Below, piece by piece: positions 1-13,522 of a stretch of DNA of 64,000 nucleotides; positions within the stretch are counted from its first letter, which is position 1; every line of letters starts with the position of its first letter. Both the position numbers and the translations under genes were made by a program. Origin of the DNA: Mobula hypostoma (taxonomy: Eukaryota); contig NC_086097.1 in NCBI RefSeq assembly GCF_963921235.1, positions 114,454,001-114,518,000 on the forward strand, in the 5' to 3' direction. The notes beneath the pieces are model-generated. The model was not told where the DNA came from, did no database searches, and worked only from the letters and a program-made list of their open reading frames with translations.

Positions 1-1461
1 AGAATGAGGCAACCATGTCTGACGGGGAACATTAAAGAGAACATAACTGGTAAAAAGGGATAAAATTTGGCAAAGACGCTTTTATGTTTTTCTCCCAGAT
101 GAGCTTAACGCCTTTTATGTTTGCTTTGATTGACAAATGTTGAGGCATCTTCACAATCTCCCACAGGCCCCGACGACCCTGTGATTTCAGTCTGGCATTA
201 TGAACATTCCTTCAGGAGGGTGAACTCCTTGAATGTATTTGGCCAAGACAGAGTACCTGGCCAAGTATTGAAGACCTGTGCTAATTGAATAGCTGGAGTG
301 TTCATTGACATCTTTAACCTCTCATTTCGGCAGTTTGAGGTACCCCACTGTTTCAAGCCGGCTTCAATTATAGTGGTGCCCAAGAGGAATGTAGTAATCT
401 TCATCAATGTCTATAATCCAGTAGCACTTACATCCGCTGTGATGAAGTGCTTTGAGATGCTGGTGATGAAATATATCAACTTCTACCTGGATTGGATCCA
501 CTCCAATTTGCCTATCATCACATCAGGTCAATGGCAAATGCCATTTCATTGGCTCTTCACTCATTCCTAGAACATCTGGACAGTGAAGATGCATACATCA
601 GGACGCTCATTATTGACCACAGCTCTGTATTCAACAGTATTATCCCCTCAGAAATAACTATTAAGCACCTAGACTTAGGTTCAATACCTTCTTGTGCAAT
701 TAGATCCTCGATTTCCTTAAATGCAGACCCCAATCAGTTCGGATCGGCAACAACATCTCCTCCACAATTTCCATCAGCACAGAATCACCTCAAGACTGTG
801 TGCTTAGCCCCTGCTCTACTCACTTCGCACTTATGACTGTGAGGCTAAAGACAGTTCCAGTCTCAATCTCAAGTTTGCTGATGCTGCCACTATCGCAGGC
901 TGAATCAAAGGTGCTGATGAATCAGCATATAGGGAGGGAGGCTGGAAATCTGGCTGAATAGTGCCACAACAATAAACTCTCACTCAACATTTACAAAACC
1001 AAAGAGTTGATTTTTTGATGATTGAAGTAAGAAACCAGAGGTCCATAAGTCAGTCCTCATCAGGGGTTCAGAGGTGGGCAGCATCAGCAAATTTAATTCC
1101 TCAGCGTTATCATTTCACAGGACCTGTCCTGGGTCCAGCATGTAAGTGCCATTACAAAGAAGGCACGGAAACACCAATGCCCTTGGATGGAAAAGCCTAT
1201 AAAAAGAAATGGATACAGCCCAGTCATCACAGGTAAAACTCTCCCCATCACTGAGCACATCTACAAGGAGTGCTGCCGAAAGAAAGCAGTGTTGATCATC
1301 TAGGACTCCCACTGTCCAGACCGTGCTCTTTTCTTGCTGCTGCCATCAGGAGGGAGATACCAGAGCCTTAGATCCCACATCACCGGGATGAGGAACAAAT
1401 ATTACCATTCAACCATCAGACTCTTGAACCAGAGGAGATAACTTCACTTACATCAGCACTG

Positions 1462-2369
1462 TGTCACAGTCCGGTCCGTGAAGTCCACATTCCGGTTCAC
1501 GGTCTGGTCCATTTGATTTGGTACTCCAGTTATTCCGTTTTTCCCTTGTTCCGTTTGGTCCCTTAATTGAGGCACCTGATTCTTGTTTTGGGCTGGCAAC
1601 GTAAATAGCTCTGGGGTCCAGTGATTCCTTGCAGGACCATCCTCATCAGTAACCTCATCAGCAACCTCGTCAGAATCCCCATCAAGTTAACTTGCCAGAG
1701 TGAGACTAGAGCAGCTGCCTGTAGTTCCTGAGCCGCATTGAGGGCTTGCCGCTACTTGGAGTCTTTTCGTGTCAAGATAAAGAACAGTCTATCATTGTGT
1801 GGTTTTGTCTCCCCGTGTTCTCTCCTCCGCTGTGTAGGTCTGGCTGTTTGCCGCTACCCTGAGGGGGAATGGTCTCAGTGTTCTGTGCCCTGTGTCTAAG
1901 AAGAGTCCCGGCTCTATGTCCTGTGTCCAAGGAGGAGCCCTGGCTCAGTGTTCTGTGTCCTGTGTCTAAGTCAAGCCTGAGCATAGTCCAAGTTGAGAGT
2001 CAAGTTCCATGTCCCAGTCAAGAGTTAGGTTCCAGGTCCAAGTCAAGAGTCAAGTTCCAAGCCCAAATCAAGAGTTAGGTTCCAGGTCCAAGTTGAGAGT
2101 CAAGTTCCAAGTCCAAATCAAGAGTTAGGTTCCAGGTCCAAGTCGAGTCCAAACCAAGTCCGAGTCACGTCCAAGCCAAGTCCCTGTCAAGTTCAAGTCC
2201 CAAGTCCAAGTCCACGTTTTCCAGTTTGTCGCTCTTCGTCTACCTTCGTGTTATCATTTTGTCCTCGCTCCTTGGCTTCCCTAGCATTCTTAATAATCAT
2301 AGTCCAGTTCCTAGTACTTCAGTGTTTATGTCTTGCATTTGGGTCCGCTTCCATCACCTCTTTATGACA
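1462..2369 (+). mobile_element. Solo LTR (908 bp), probably Gypsy
   Basis: Termini TGTCA...TGACA; exact 5-bp TSD CACTG (1457-1461, 2370-2374); the host LINE resumes afterwards. Confidence 0.9.
1986..2143 (+). repeat. 50-bp tandem repeat, about 3 copies, inside the solo LTR
   Basis: caagagttaggttccaggtccaagt starts at 2019, 2069 and 2119; units are similar along their whole length. Confidence 0.9.
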
Positions 2370-2659
2370 CACTGAACTGATTCCACAAACCTTCAAAGAT
2401 CTACAACTCATGTTTTCAATATTTATTGGTTTTGGTTTTTTTTATCATTATTTTGTTTTTTTAAATTTTTTATATTTGCTCAATTTGTTGTCTTCTGCAC
2501 ATTGGTCATTTGTCCATCTTTGTTGTGTGCATTGATTCATTGTGTTTCTTTGTACTTACCGTGAATGCCTGCAAGAAAGGAATCTCAAAGTAGTAGATGG
2601 TGACATATAGGTATTTGATAATAAATTTACTTTGAACTTTGAGATAGCTTTAAATCCAA

Positions 2660-4085
2660 CAGAAGACAATTAAAAAAGCTATAAGGGATGAAGATGAAAT
2701 ACAAGAATAAATTAGTGAATAATATATAAGATTTATGAAGTTTAAAAAAAATACGTAAAGGGAATATAAAGACACGAGTGGACATCTGACCATTGGAAAA
2801 TGATGCTGGAGAAGTAGTAATGAGGAGCAGAAAAATGACAGAGGAACCGAATAAGTACTTTGTGTCATACTTCATGGTGAAAGACACCAGTAACAGGCCA
2901 GAAATTCAGGACAGTCAGGGGCAAGAGGTGAGTGTAGTGGCCATTCCTAAGGAAAAACTGCTAGGAAAGCTGAAAGGCCTAAAGATGGATAAATCATCTC
3001 GACCAAATGGACTGCACCCCAAAGTCTCAGCAGAATGGAAAACCACAAACATAACGTCTGCATTTAAGAAGGAAGGGAGGCAAAAGACAGGAAATTATAG
3101 GCCTGCCTGCGGTGGCTGTATAAGAATGAAAGAGTATTTGAAAGCACATGGTTAAAAAAAAAAGGGCAAAGTCAGTACTATTTCATTAAGAGGAGATCTT
3201 GTCTGACAAATCTGTTGGAATTCCTTGAGGAGGGAATAAATAATTTCGACAGAAGAGAGTTAACAGATGTTATTGCCTTGAATTTTCAGAAAGCTCTGAT
3301 AAGGTACCTCACATGAGACCGCTAAATGAGTAAAAACTAAAGTTGTTAAAGGCAAGGTACTAGTATGGATAGAAAATTGACTGACTGACAGAAGACAAAG
3401 AGAGGGGATAAATTGTCCTTTTCGAGTAGGTTACTGTAATTAGTAGAGTTCTACAGGAGTCAGTGTGGGTGTTACAACTTTTCAATTCATACATTAATGA
3501 TCTGGATGAAAGAACTGATGGCATTGTGGCTCAGTTTGCAGATAATACACAGATAAGTGGAGGGACAAGCAGTGTTGCAGAGGCAGGGGGTCTGCAGAAG
3601 AACTTGGACAGGTTGGGAGAGTGGGTAAAAAGGTAGCTGGTGGAATATGGTATAGAGAAGTGTGGGAGTATGCACTTTGGTAGGAAGAATAAAGGTGTCG
3701 GCTCTTTTCTAAATGGGGAGTGAATTCAGAAGCCAGAGGTATATAGAGATTTGGGGAGTCCTAGTTCAGGATTCCCGTATTTTAATGCTCAGGTAGTAAG
3801 GAAGGCGAATGCACTATTACAATTAATTTTGAGAGGACTAGAATATAAAAGCAAAGATGTACTTCTGAGGTTTATAAGTGTTCCTCAGACTGAATTTGGT
3901 ATATTGTGAGCAATTTTGGACCCTGTATTTCTAAGGAAAACTATATCCGGAGGAACTTCACTAGAATGACCTGAAGAATGAAAGGTTAACATATGAGGAG
4001 TGATCGGTGGCTCTGGGCCTGTATTTGATGGAGTTCAGAAGGATGAGGGGAATCTCATTGAAATCTACCAGATACTGAAAGGCCC
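2660..4085 (+). mobile_element. Decayed CR1 LINE ORF2 fragment
   Basis: KMDKSSRPNGLHPK, GNYRP and ttgcagataatacac (FADD-like) remnants with many stops and frameshifts. Confidence 0.85.
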
Positions 4086-4089
4086 CTAT

Positions 4090-5155
4090 AAAACCATAAG
4101 ACATAGGAGCAGAATTTGGCCATCTGGCCCATTGAGTCTGCTCCACCATTCAATCACAGCTGATCCCCTTCTCCCCTCCCCCTCCTCAGCCCTGCTGTCA
4201 CCAGGTGCGGATATGGCCCAAGTGCCGAGTGAGAGACACTGAAGCGTGTTGATAGTTCACAGACGTTAACGCAAACAATGTTAAAGGGGAAAAGAAAAGA
4301 ATAAACACTAAGGCAAACAGGGCCGTTGACTAAAACACTCAAATGGAAAACAAAGTCTACACTGCAGCTGAAAAGAGAAATTAAGAATAAAACGAATACC
4401 ACTAGTGTCCAGAGTCAGTTGACTCGACAGTCCAATTTTTCAGGCAAGATGGAATGCAGATAACGAAGCGGAGCTATGTCTGAGTCTTGACAAATACTAG
4501 GGCGGAATGAATGGAGTTAAATACTATCACAATGAAATGATAATTAGCTGACGTGCATATTCATGAGCGCAATTGCTGAATCTGCTGCCGAATACATGGT
4601 TGTTACACCCACTCCCCAGCCTTCTCCCCGTAACCTTTGATGCTGAGTCCAATCAAGAACCTATCAAGCTCTGCCTTAAATACACAAAACGACCTAGCTT
4701 CACAGCTGCCTGTGGTAATATATTTCACAAATTCACCCTCTGGCAAAGAAGTTAGTTTGCATCTCTGCTTTAGATAACACCCTCTATCCTGAGGCTGTGC
4801 CCTCTTGACCTAGACTCTGCCACCATGGGAAACATCCTTTCCACACCTACTCTGTCTAGGCCTTTCAACATTCAAAACATTTCAATAAGATTCCCCATCA
4901 TCCTTCTAAATTCCAGCCAGTACAGACTCAGAGCTCTCAAAAGTTCCTCATATGATAACCCTTTCATTTCCGGAATCATCCTTATGAACCCATCCTGAAG
5001 CCTCTCCAATGCCAGTACACCCTTTCTCAGATGAGGAGCCCAAAACTGTTCACCATAGTCAAGATGAGGCCTCACCAGTGCCTTATAAAGCCTCAGCATC
5101 ACATTCCTGTTCTTGTATTCCAGACCTCTTGAAATGAATGCTGACATTACATTTG
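4090..5155 (-). mobile_element. CR1 3' fragment, interrupted by a solo LTR
   Basis: Minus-strand peptide AFISRGLEYKNRNVMLRLYKALVRPHLDY...; CR1-type 3' UTR. Confidence 0.85.
4196..4607 (-). mobile_element. Solo LTR, ~400-bp family, copy 1
   Basis: TGTCA...TTACA termini; flanks CCTGC/CCCAC, both derivable from CCCGC by CpG decay; closely similar to 63550-63949. Confidence 0.88.
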
Positions 5156-5159
5156 TACA

Positions 5160-5428
5160 TTAACCTATAGAATGGACATGGAGTGGAATTTCTTCGGTCA
5201 GGGTGTGATGAACCTATGGAATTTGTTGCCACAGAAGACTGTGGAGACTAAGTCACTGGATGTATTAAAGGCAGATATTGAAAAGTGTTTGACTGGTAAA
5301 GGGGTTAACAGTTATAGGGAGAGGCAGAAAAATGGGATTGAAAAAGTAATTAGCCTCAGTTGAATGGTGGAGCAAACTTGGTGGGTTGAGTGGTTTAATT
5401 TTACTGCTATATCTGATGGCCTTATGGT
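5160..5428 (+). mobile_element. CR1 3' end fragment
   Basis: NFFGQGVMNLWNLLPQKTVE motif followed by CR1 3' UTR. Confidence 0.75.
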
Positions 5429-5704
5429 GTAAAGTAACACTGAGGCGCCACTTGACACACATGCAACTTCAAAATGATAGAAATGTAATTTGCCTTTCTC
5501 TCTGCTGGGTTAATAATGCTGGAAGTTTGTTCACTAAGATGGGTTTCCTCAGTGGATTTGTTTAGGTCAATCTCACTTTCAGGAACTTGTTCTCTATCTT
5601 TTAGGTGTCAGTACAATTATCTCAAGTGCTAATTGAGATACCTTTTAAATGTGATTGAGAATTTCTGGTGTAGGATTTCATAAATAACATGGCGGAGTAC
5701 TTTT

Positions 5705-7219
5705 CGTTTCAGAAAATCAAAGCAACTCATTTACTAAACACCAAAAAACTGAAAATGAAGCGCAAAAAACCCCTTTACATAATTATGTCATCATGTCAGA
5801 CCAGACTCTTAAAGTGAAACCCAAAGTCAATGTTGGTGGTTGTGAATTATGTTTATTTCTCCCAATTACATTAGCCTACCTCTGGCCACCTGTTGGTGTG
5901 GCCCACCTTGGGAAGAAGATGAGTGAGACTGTGGGAGGGGGAAGAGGATCAAGTCCACATTGACGTGGTCAAACTGTCACTCAGGTTCCAATGGCACCTG
6001 AACGTGACGATTAATTTTTGTCCACTGGCTCACCACCCACGCTGCAGTCCAATCACACACGTCCTTTCTGAGGCAGTGTCAAACAAACTTTAGTGCAACC
6101 AGTCTCTCTGGAGCCTTCTGGCTCTGATGCAAGAGGCCATGTATGGATTCGAAAACAGTCCAACTCCAGTTTGCAGGAATGATGGGGTGAAGGTGACTGG
6201 TTGAGAGAAAACCCATCTTCCTTAAACTTACTGTCAGCCAACCATAGGCCCGTGACTGCTGTTCGATAAGCCTGCGCCCCTTGGGTTGGTAACTTGGTTT
6301 GCTGCCTTGTTAACATAGTCAGCCCCTATGAATACGGCCTCAATGGCTGGCCATGAGAGGTAATCAGCCACAGACCTCTGATGTCCCGATACACTGGCAC
6401 TATCGAAACTAAAAGGTGGTCTGCATTTCCTAGTGCTCCTACCACAGAGAGTGAGGTAAAAACACAGGCTCAGTGATGTCTGTTTCATCACGGCTGTCCT
6501 AATGTTGGGGACCTTGCTGACTGGGCTTGATGGGGTAGAGAAAGGAGGAGAAATTATGCACCACTGCCTAACCGAGTGTAGACTATCAGCCATTTTAGTA
6601 AGCTCTCTATAGTCCTTCACGGGTGCATTAGTGAGGGCTATACAAACTTAACCAGGCATCTGCTGCATATAGAGTTCTTTAAAAATAAAACAAGGATGGT
6701 GATTTCCCAGGAGAGACAACATGTAGTCCTAAGGCTTAGCATCACGGAGACCTGGTATGGAGAGCAACTGCTTGGCGTGCTCAGACTCCAATAGTCCAAA
6801 AGTCTGTAAAAGGTGAGTTTTCAGCGATCGGTATTTATGGTTTTCAAGCGGGTGTTCAAACAGACTCACTACTCCCACAGGCACAAAATTGCTGAGCGAT
6901 GCTACCACAGAGTAGAATTTGGTGTAGTCAGCAGTGATTTCTCACAGAGCAAACTGGGCTTCAGCTTGTACAAAGTAAGCGACGGTATTTTGCTCCCAAA
7001 ACTCCAGCAGTTTCAAAGCGACTGCATTGGCCTACATGTTCGGCAGAGGTTTTATGTTTCAGAAAAGCTGTAGCAACTCATTTATTGAACACCAAACCTA
7101 CACACAAAAGTGTGCTAAAACTCTTTATGTAATAATGTCATCACGTCAGACCAGCCTCTTAAAGTGAACCCCAGCTCAACGTGGGTGGATGTGAATTATG
7201 TACATTTCTCCCAATTACT
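5705..7219 (-). mobile_element. Internally deleted Gypsy-type LTR element (~1.5 kb) with two ~165-bp LTRs
   Basis: Direct repeats at 5705-5870 and 7055-7219. Minus-strand gag remnant AVALKLLEFWEQNTVAYFVQAEAQFAL... and a knuckle-like LCFYLTLCGRSTRKCRPPFSF. No RT seen. Confidence 0.75.
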
Positions 7220-7489
7220 CTACACTGGCTCCACTACACTCTAAGGGAATGAGTTCCAGATGCTGGTTCCTATTTGGCTGAATAGAATGAAGGAATGTAA
7301 TTTTCCTCAATTCCCCTGATGATTAACTTATATCTACGTCTTCCCGTTATCAATGTTTCAGCCAAAGGAAATAAGCTGTTCCTGCTTGCTCTGTCTAAAC
7401 ACTCATAATTTTGTACATCATAATTAGGTCAATTAAATTTAGTGAAAATAACTAAATTTCACCAGCTCTGGAAATACCCTTGAAAACCT

Positions 7490-8105
7490 CAGAGTCATAG
7501 ATTTATAAAGCATTACAGCACAGAATCAGGCCTTTTGGTCTACAGTATTATGCAAAGCTGATTCAATTAGTAATCAAATGCTCAACTCAGCAGATTCCTT
7601 CTATCTTCACCATGACCACATCGTTCCACCTCCTGCACAATCACGTGCCTATGTATGAACTTCTTGAACATTTTCCTTCACCACCACTTCAGGGCGTACA
7701 TTCCAGGCTGCCCACCACTCTGTGCAAAAAAATATAAATATCTCCTTTGAACTTACCCCTCTCACCTTAAAAACATACCTGCTGGAGTCGGACATATCAA
7801 CCCTGGGAAAAAGATTTTGGCTGTCTTTCTGTGCCTCTCAAATCTTTCAAAACTCTTTCAGATCTTCTCTCTGCTTCTGTCACTGCAGATCAAACAATCC
7901 AAGTTTGTCTGGCCTCTCCTTACAGCACATAACCTCTAATTCAGGTATCACCTTGGTAAACCTGTTCTACACCCTCTATAAAGACTCCACATCCTTCTTA
8001 TATTGGGGTGGAAATGGTTGCATTACTCCAGATTCAGTGAACTAGAGTTTCATAAAGCTGCAACATACTGTAACTTTCTGACTCATGAAATCAATTAATT
8101 GACTA
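7490..8105 (-). mobile_element. Highly decayed CR1 3' fragment
   Basis: CR1-like 3' UTR and antisense C-terminal motifs (caccactctgtgcaaaaa, ccttggtaaacctgttctacaccctc). Confidence 0.6.
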
Positions 8106-8107
8106 AG

Positions 8108-10640
8108 AAGTTCAAAGTTCAAAGTAAATTTATGATCAAAAACATAAATGTCTCCATAAACAACCCTGAAATTCATTTTCTTGCAGGCACGCGCAATAAA
8201 TACAAGGAAGCACAATAGCATCAATGAAAAACTGCTCACAAGGTGGACGAACAACCAATGTGCAAAAGATAACAAACTGTGCAGATGCAAAAAGATTACA
8301 GTAAACAAAATAATAATAATAATAATAAATAAGCAATAAATATGAGAGAACATGAGATGAAAAGTCCTTGCAAGTGAATCCATAGGTTGTGGGAACAGTT
8401 CATCGTTGGGGTGAGTGAAGTTGAGTGAAGTTATCCCCTCTGCTTCAAGAACTTAATAGATGAGGGGTAATACGCCCCCTCCTTTACTCTCTGTATACCC
8501 ATGACTGTGTCAGCACCCACAGCTCCAATCAGCTAATTAAATTTGCTGACGACACTACACTGATTGACCTTATCTCAAAAATAATGAGGCAGCCTACAGA
8601 GAAGAAGTCATCACCCTGACACAATGGTGTCAAGAAACTAACCTCTCCCTCAATGTTGCAAAAACAAAGGAGCTGGTTGTGGATTACAGAAGGAATGGAG
8701 ACAGGCTAACCCTTATTGAGATAAATGGATCTGGGGTTGGGAGGGTGAACAGCATTATGTTCCTCAGCATCACTGAGGATCTCACTTGGTCTGTACATAC
8801 CGGCTGTGTGATGAAAAAGACAAAACAGTGCCTCTTTCACCTCAGATGGTTGAAGAAGTTTGGTATGGGCCCCCACATTCCAAGAACTTTCCATAGGGGC
8901 ACAATTGAGAACATCCTGACTGGCTGCATCACGGCCTGGTATGGGAACTGTACTTCCCTCAATCACTGGACTCTGCAGAGAGTGGTGCGGACAGCCCAGC
9001 ACATCTGTAGATGTGAACTTCCCACTATTCAGGAAATTTACAAAGGCAGGTGTGTAAGAAGGGCCTGAAGGATCATTGGGGCCCCAAGTCACCCCAACCA
9101 CAAACTCTTCCTGCTGCTACCATCTGGGAAACGATACCACAGCATAAAAGCCAGAACCAACAGGCCCTGGGACAGCTTCTTCCACCAAGCCATCAGACTG
9201 GTTAACTCATGCTGATACAACTGTATTTCTATGTTATATTGACTATCCTATTGTACATAATAGTTATTATAAATTACTATAATCGCACATTGCACATTTA
9301 GACAGAAACATAACTACCTTTTACATGTTTTTCTGTTCAAGGGCATTGGTGTTTCCATTCAAAGCCATAAAGATTTTTAATCCTCGTGTATATGAGGGAT
9401 ATAAGTAATAAAGTCAATTCAATTCAATTCAACTGTTCTTGAACCTGGTGTGGTTCCTGAGGTTCCTGTACCTCCTTCCTGACAGCGGCTGCAAGAAGCT
9501 AACATGGCCTGGACGATGAGGGTCCTTGATGATGGATGCTGCTTTCCTGTGATAGCACTCGTTGTAGATGTGCTCATTGTAGGGGAGGGCTTTACCTGTG
9601 ATGGAATGGGTTGTAATTGCTTCCTTTTACGGGCTTTTCTGTCAGTACAAGTCCGTAATGCAACCAGTCAGGATACCTTCTACCATGCATCCATATAAGT
9701 CGGTCAAAGCTTCTGATGTTACGCTACATCTTCTCAAACTTCTAAGCAACTAGAGACACTGGGTGAGAGGTTATTTTTGTAGCACTATTCAGCCAGATTT
9801 TCAGCCTCCCTTCTATATACTGATTCTTCACCACCTTTAATTCCGCCAGTGACAGTGGTGACATCAGCAAGCTTAAATATGCCATTGGAGCTGTGCTTGG
9901 CTTCACAGTCATAAGTGTAAAGCGAGTAAGACAGGGGATAAGCACACAGCTTTCTGGTGTACCTCTGCTGATGGTGATTGTGGAAAAGATGTTGGTGCCA
10001 ATTCAAATCGATTGGGGCCTGCATGTGAGGAAATTGAGAATCCAGTTGCACAAGGAGGTATTGAGGCCCACGTCTGGAGCTTATTGATTAGTTTTTAGGG
10101 ATATAAGTAATAAATGCAGATGTAGTCAATGAAGTGCATTCTGATGTTTGCATCTTTACTGTTCAGATGTTCCATGGTTGAGGGAAGAGCAAACGAAATG
10201 ACATCTGATGTTGACCTGCTGTGACGGTGGGTAAAATGGAGTGAATCCAAAACAATTCTCAGGCAGTTGGTATATTTCAACACCAACTTCTCAAAGCATT
10301 CATTGCAGAGGATGTAAGTGCTACTGGGTAATAGTCACTGAGGTGGGTCAGCACTTTCTTCTAGAACACTGGTATAGTCGAAACCTGCTTAAAGCAGGTG
10401 GGTAGCTCAGACTGCTGAAGTGAGAGATCGAAGATATCAATGAACACTCCAGCCAGTCAATTACCACAGCTCTTCTCCACTCGGCCAACTACACCTTCTG
10501 GGCCAAATACTTTCCAGGGGTTCATCTTCCTAAAGAATGCTCTCACGTCAGCCTCAGAAACTAAAAACTCAGGTTTGTTGGGGGCTGTGGGAATTTGTGG
10601 AGATGCCTCCATGTGTTGTCAGTCAAAGTGAGCATCAAAG
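8108..10640 (-). mobile_element. Decayed Rex1/Babar LINE, split by a second Rex1/Babar insertion
   Basis: Antisense tail (aagttcaaagttcaaagtaaattta) at ~8110; RT remnants LYTYDCEAKHSSNGIFKLADVTTV; host sequence is continuous across 8472/9432. Confidence 0.8.
8473..9431 (+). mobile_element. 5'-truncated Rex1/Babar LINE of a different subfamily
   Basis: KFADDTT motif (aaatttgctgacgacact); ORF 8679-9068 with ILTGCITAWYGNC; tail aataaagt(caatt)n. Confidence 0.85.
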
Positions 10641-13500
10641 GCATTGAATAAAGACAACCATGCCACAGAACTTCTTTACCATCCTTTCAAATTGTGTAGC
10701 CACTTTCAGGGGTCTATGGACTTGCACAGTAAGATCCATCTGCACATCAACATTTTTAAGGGTATTATTATTAATTGTATACTGCCCCTTTACATTTGAT
10801 TTCCCAAAGTGCAACACTCCACATTTGGCCTGGTGAAAGTCCATCTGAAATTACTCCACCAGTACCTGCAACTTGTCGATATCCCACTGTATCTTTCACC
10901 AGTCTTCTACACTATCCACAACACCACCTATCTTCATATTATCTGCAAACCCACCCATCTATCCTTTCATCCAGGGCAATTATATATATCAAAACAATAG
11001 AGGTCCCAGTATAGATCGCTGCAGAACATCACTATTCACAGACTCCAGACAGAATAAGTCCCTTTGACAGCTACCCCCTGTCTTCTGTGGACAAGCCAAA
11101 TCTGAATCCCAATGGCCAATTCACTGTAGATCCCATGTGTCTTAATCTTCTGGATGAGTTTCCCATGAGGATCTTGTCAAATGCCTTACTAAAATCTATG
11201 TAGACAATATCCACAGCTTCACTTTCAACAATCATCTCCATCACCTTCTCAAAAAACTCAATCAAATTACTAAGACACATCTTACCTGAACAAAGCCATG
11301 CTGAATGTCTCTAATTAGGATGTGGTTTTCCAAATGTTCGTAAAGGCTATCCTTAAGAATCCTCTCCAGTAACTTCATTATTACTGCTGTGAGATTCACC
11401 AGTCTTTAGTTTTCATGGTTATCCCTCTTTTCTCTCTTGAACAATGGAACAACATTAGTTACTCGTCCTTCCTCCAGGACCTCACCTGTGGCTAGAGAGG
11501 ACAGAAAGTTATTAGTCAAGGCCCCAGAAACCTCATCTCTTACCTCTCTTAATAACCTAGGGTGTATCCCATCAGGCCCTGGGGACATCTTCCTTAATGA
11601 TCCTTAACAGGCCATTAATATGCTTTGCACTGATCTGCCTGTGCTCCACGTCCTTCTCCTTGGTAAGTACTGATGTAGAGTATTCATTTGGACCTCATGC
11701 TCATTGTCCACTTCCAAGCCATTGTCCACTTGCAAGCACATGTTCCTTCCTTTATCTTTGTGTAGTCCTATCTGTTCCCTAGTTATCCTCTTGTTCTTGA
11801 TGCCTTAGGATTCTATTTAATTCTTGTCAAGAGCTTTTCACAGCCCCTCCTGGCTCTCCTAATTCCTTTCTTGAGTTCCTTTCTCGCTTCTTTATAACTC
11901 TCAAAGGCTCTGTTTGATTTTAGCTTTCTAAACCATACATACAATTTCTTTTTCTCCTCTCTCAACATCCAAGTTCCTTTACCTAACCATCCTTGTCCTT
12001 CCTTCTCACTGCACCGTACTTGTCCTGTACCCTTTAAAGTTGGTCTTTAAATGCCCTCCTCATGTCAGATGTGGACTTGCCCTGAAACAGCTGTTCCCTG
12101 CTTGTGGCTGCCTAATACTGACATAATTTGCCCTGTCCTGATTTAATACTCTCCAACAAGCTCCGTACTTACCCTTATCTATAGCTATCCTCTTGGATGC
12201 CCCTAATAGATTCTGACCCATCTAAATCTCTTGCACTAAGGAGGTCCCAGTCTATATTAGGGAAGTTGAATTCACCTACTAAACAACTCTGTCATTTTTA
12301 TACTTTTGCAAACCTACCAACATATCTGTTCCTCAATGTCCCATCAGCTGTGGAGGTGGGGAGTGCCTGTAGAATATTTCCATCAAAGTGACTGCGTCTT
12401 CCTTATAATGGCGTTCTACCCATATCTTCAAAGGATGATCCCTCCTCCATTATGTCCACTCTTAGTGCAGCTGTGACATTGTTTCTGATTAGCTCCTTCA
12501 CAAACACTCCACTTTTAATTTGTTCTCTATTTTTTCTTAAACATCAAACCCTGGAACATTAAGCATCCATTAACGTCCTTCTCTCAACCAAGTCTCTGTT
12601 AAGGCTACAACATCATAGTTGCATGATCCAGGGTCCAAGTTCATCACCCTTATTCTCATACTGCTAGTATTAGAATACACACACTTCAAGCTCTCTCTCC
12701 CACCGTGTCAATTACATTGTTCCTGTCTGTTCTTCATGGCCCTGACATCTACCTTCCTCTGAACCTCTCCACTTTCTGACCTGGTGCTGTGGTTCCCATC
12801 TACCTGCTAAACTAGGTTAACCCCCCCCCCCCAGCCCCCAAGTAGCACCAGTGAACCTCCTGGCAAGGACATTGGTTCCATTCCAGAGAGGGTGCAACCC
12901 GGTCCATCTTATACAGGTTACCACTGGCCTAGAAGTAGAACCAGCGATCAGAGAACATGAAGCTCTGCCTCTGCACAAGTTCCGCAGCCACTCATTCATC
13001 TCTTCTATCTTTCTATTCCTGCCCTGACTTGCACCTGACACTGGGAGGAATCCAGTGATAATTGCCTTTGTGATCATGCTTTCCAGCCCCATTCCCTTCT
13101 CCCTACACTCTCTGCACAGGGCCTCTTCCTCCTTTCCCCCTGTGTCATTGGTGCCACTGTATAGAACCACCTCTTCCCTGAGAATGTTCTGCAGCCAACC
13201 TGAGACATCCTCGACCCTAGCACCTGGAAAGCAAAACACAATTCTGATGTCTCTTTTGTGCCCAGTGAATCTCCTGTCTATCCTCCTAACTATCACATCT
13301 CCTATCACTATTGCTCTGCCTGACTTTCTTTACCCTTCCTCACGGAGCCTCGCAGTCAGGCACATGTCACTGACTTGGCTGTTGCCATTGTGTCCTGGTA
13401 GGTCATTACCCCCACCCCCAGCAATCTCCAAAGGGTCATTACCCCACCCCCAGCAGTCTCCAAAGGGGTATACTGGTTGCTAAGGGAAATGGCTGCCCTG
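10635..13500 (-). mobile_element. Long decayed CR1 LINE with ORF1 esterase remnant and ORF2 pieces
   Basis: 12817-13308 encodes IGDVIVRRIDRRF...VFCFPGARVEDV...GTND (SGNH/esterase type). ORF2 pieces SPGPDGIHPRLLRE and YIDFSKAFDK. Confidence 0.85.
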
Positions 13501-13522
13501 CACTGCCTGCCCACTCCCCTTA

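Larger units (their letters stand above)
1..2641 (+). mobile_element. Decayed Rex1/Babar LINE (RT to 3' tail), split by a solo LTR at 1462-2369
   Basis: Frameshifted RT peptides: FIDIFNLS..VPHCFK..PVALTSAVMKCFE and [17 protein letters not shown]. Tail ends gataataaatttactttgaactttga (~2641). Confidence 0.85.

Noticed and set aside
1986..2143. Regularly spaced 25-bp repeat resembling a CRISPR array
   Set aside because: The apparent spacers are also near-identical (a 50-bp tandem unit), the array lies inside a solo LTR in vertebrate-type DNA, and there are no cas genes.
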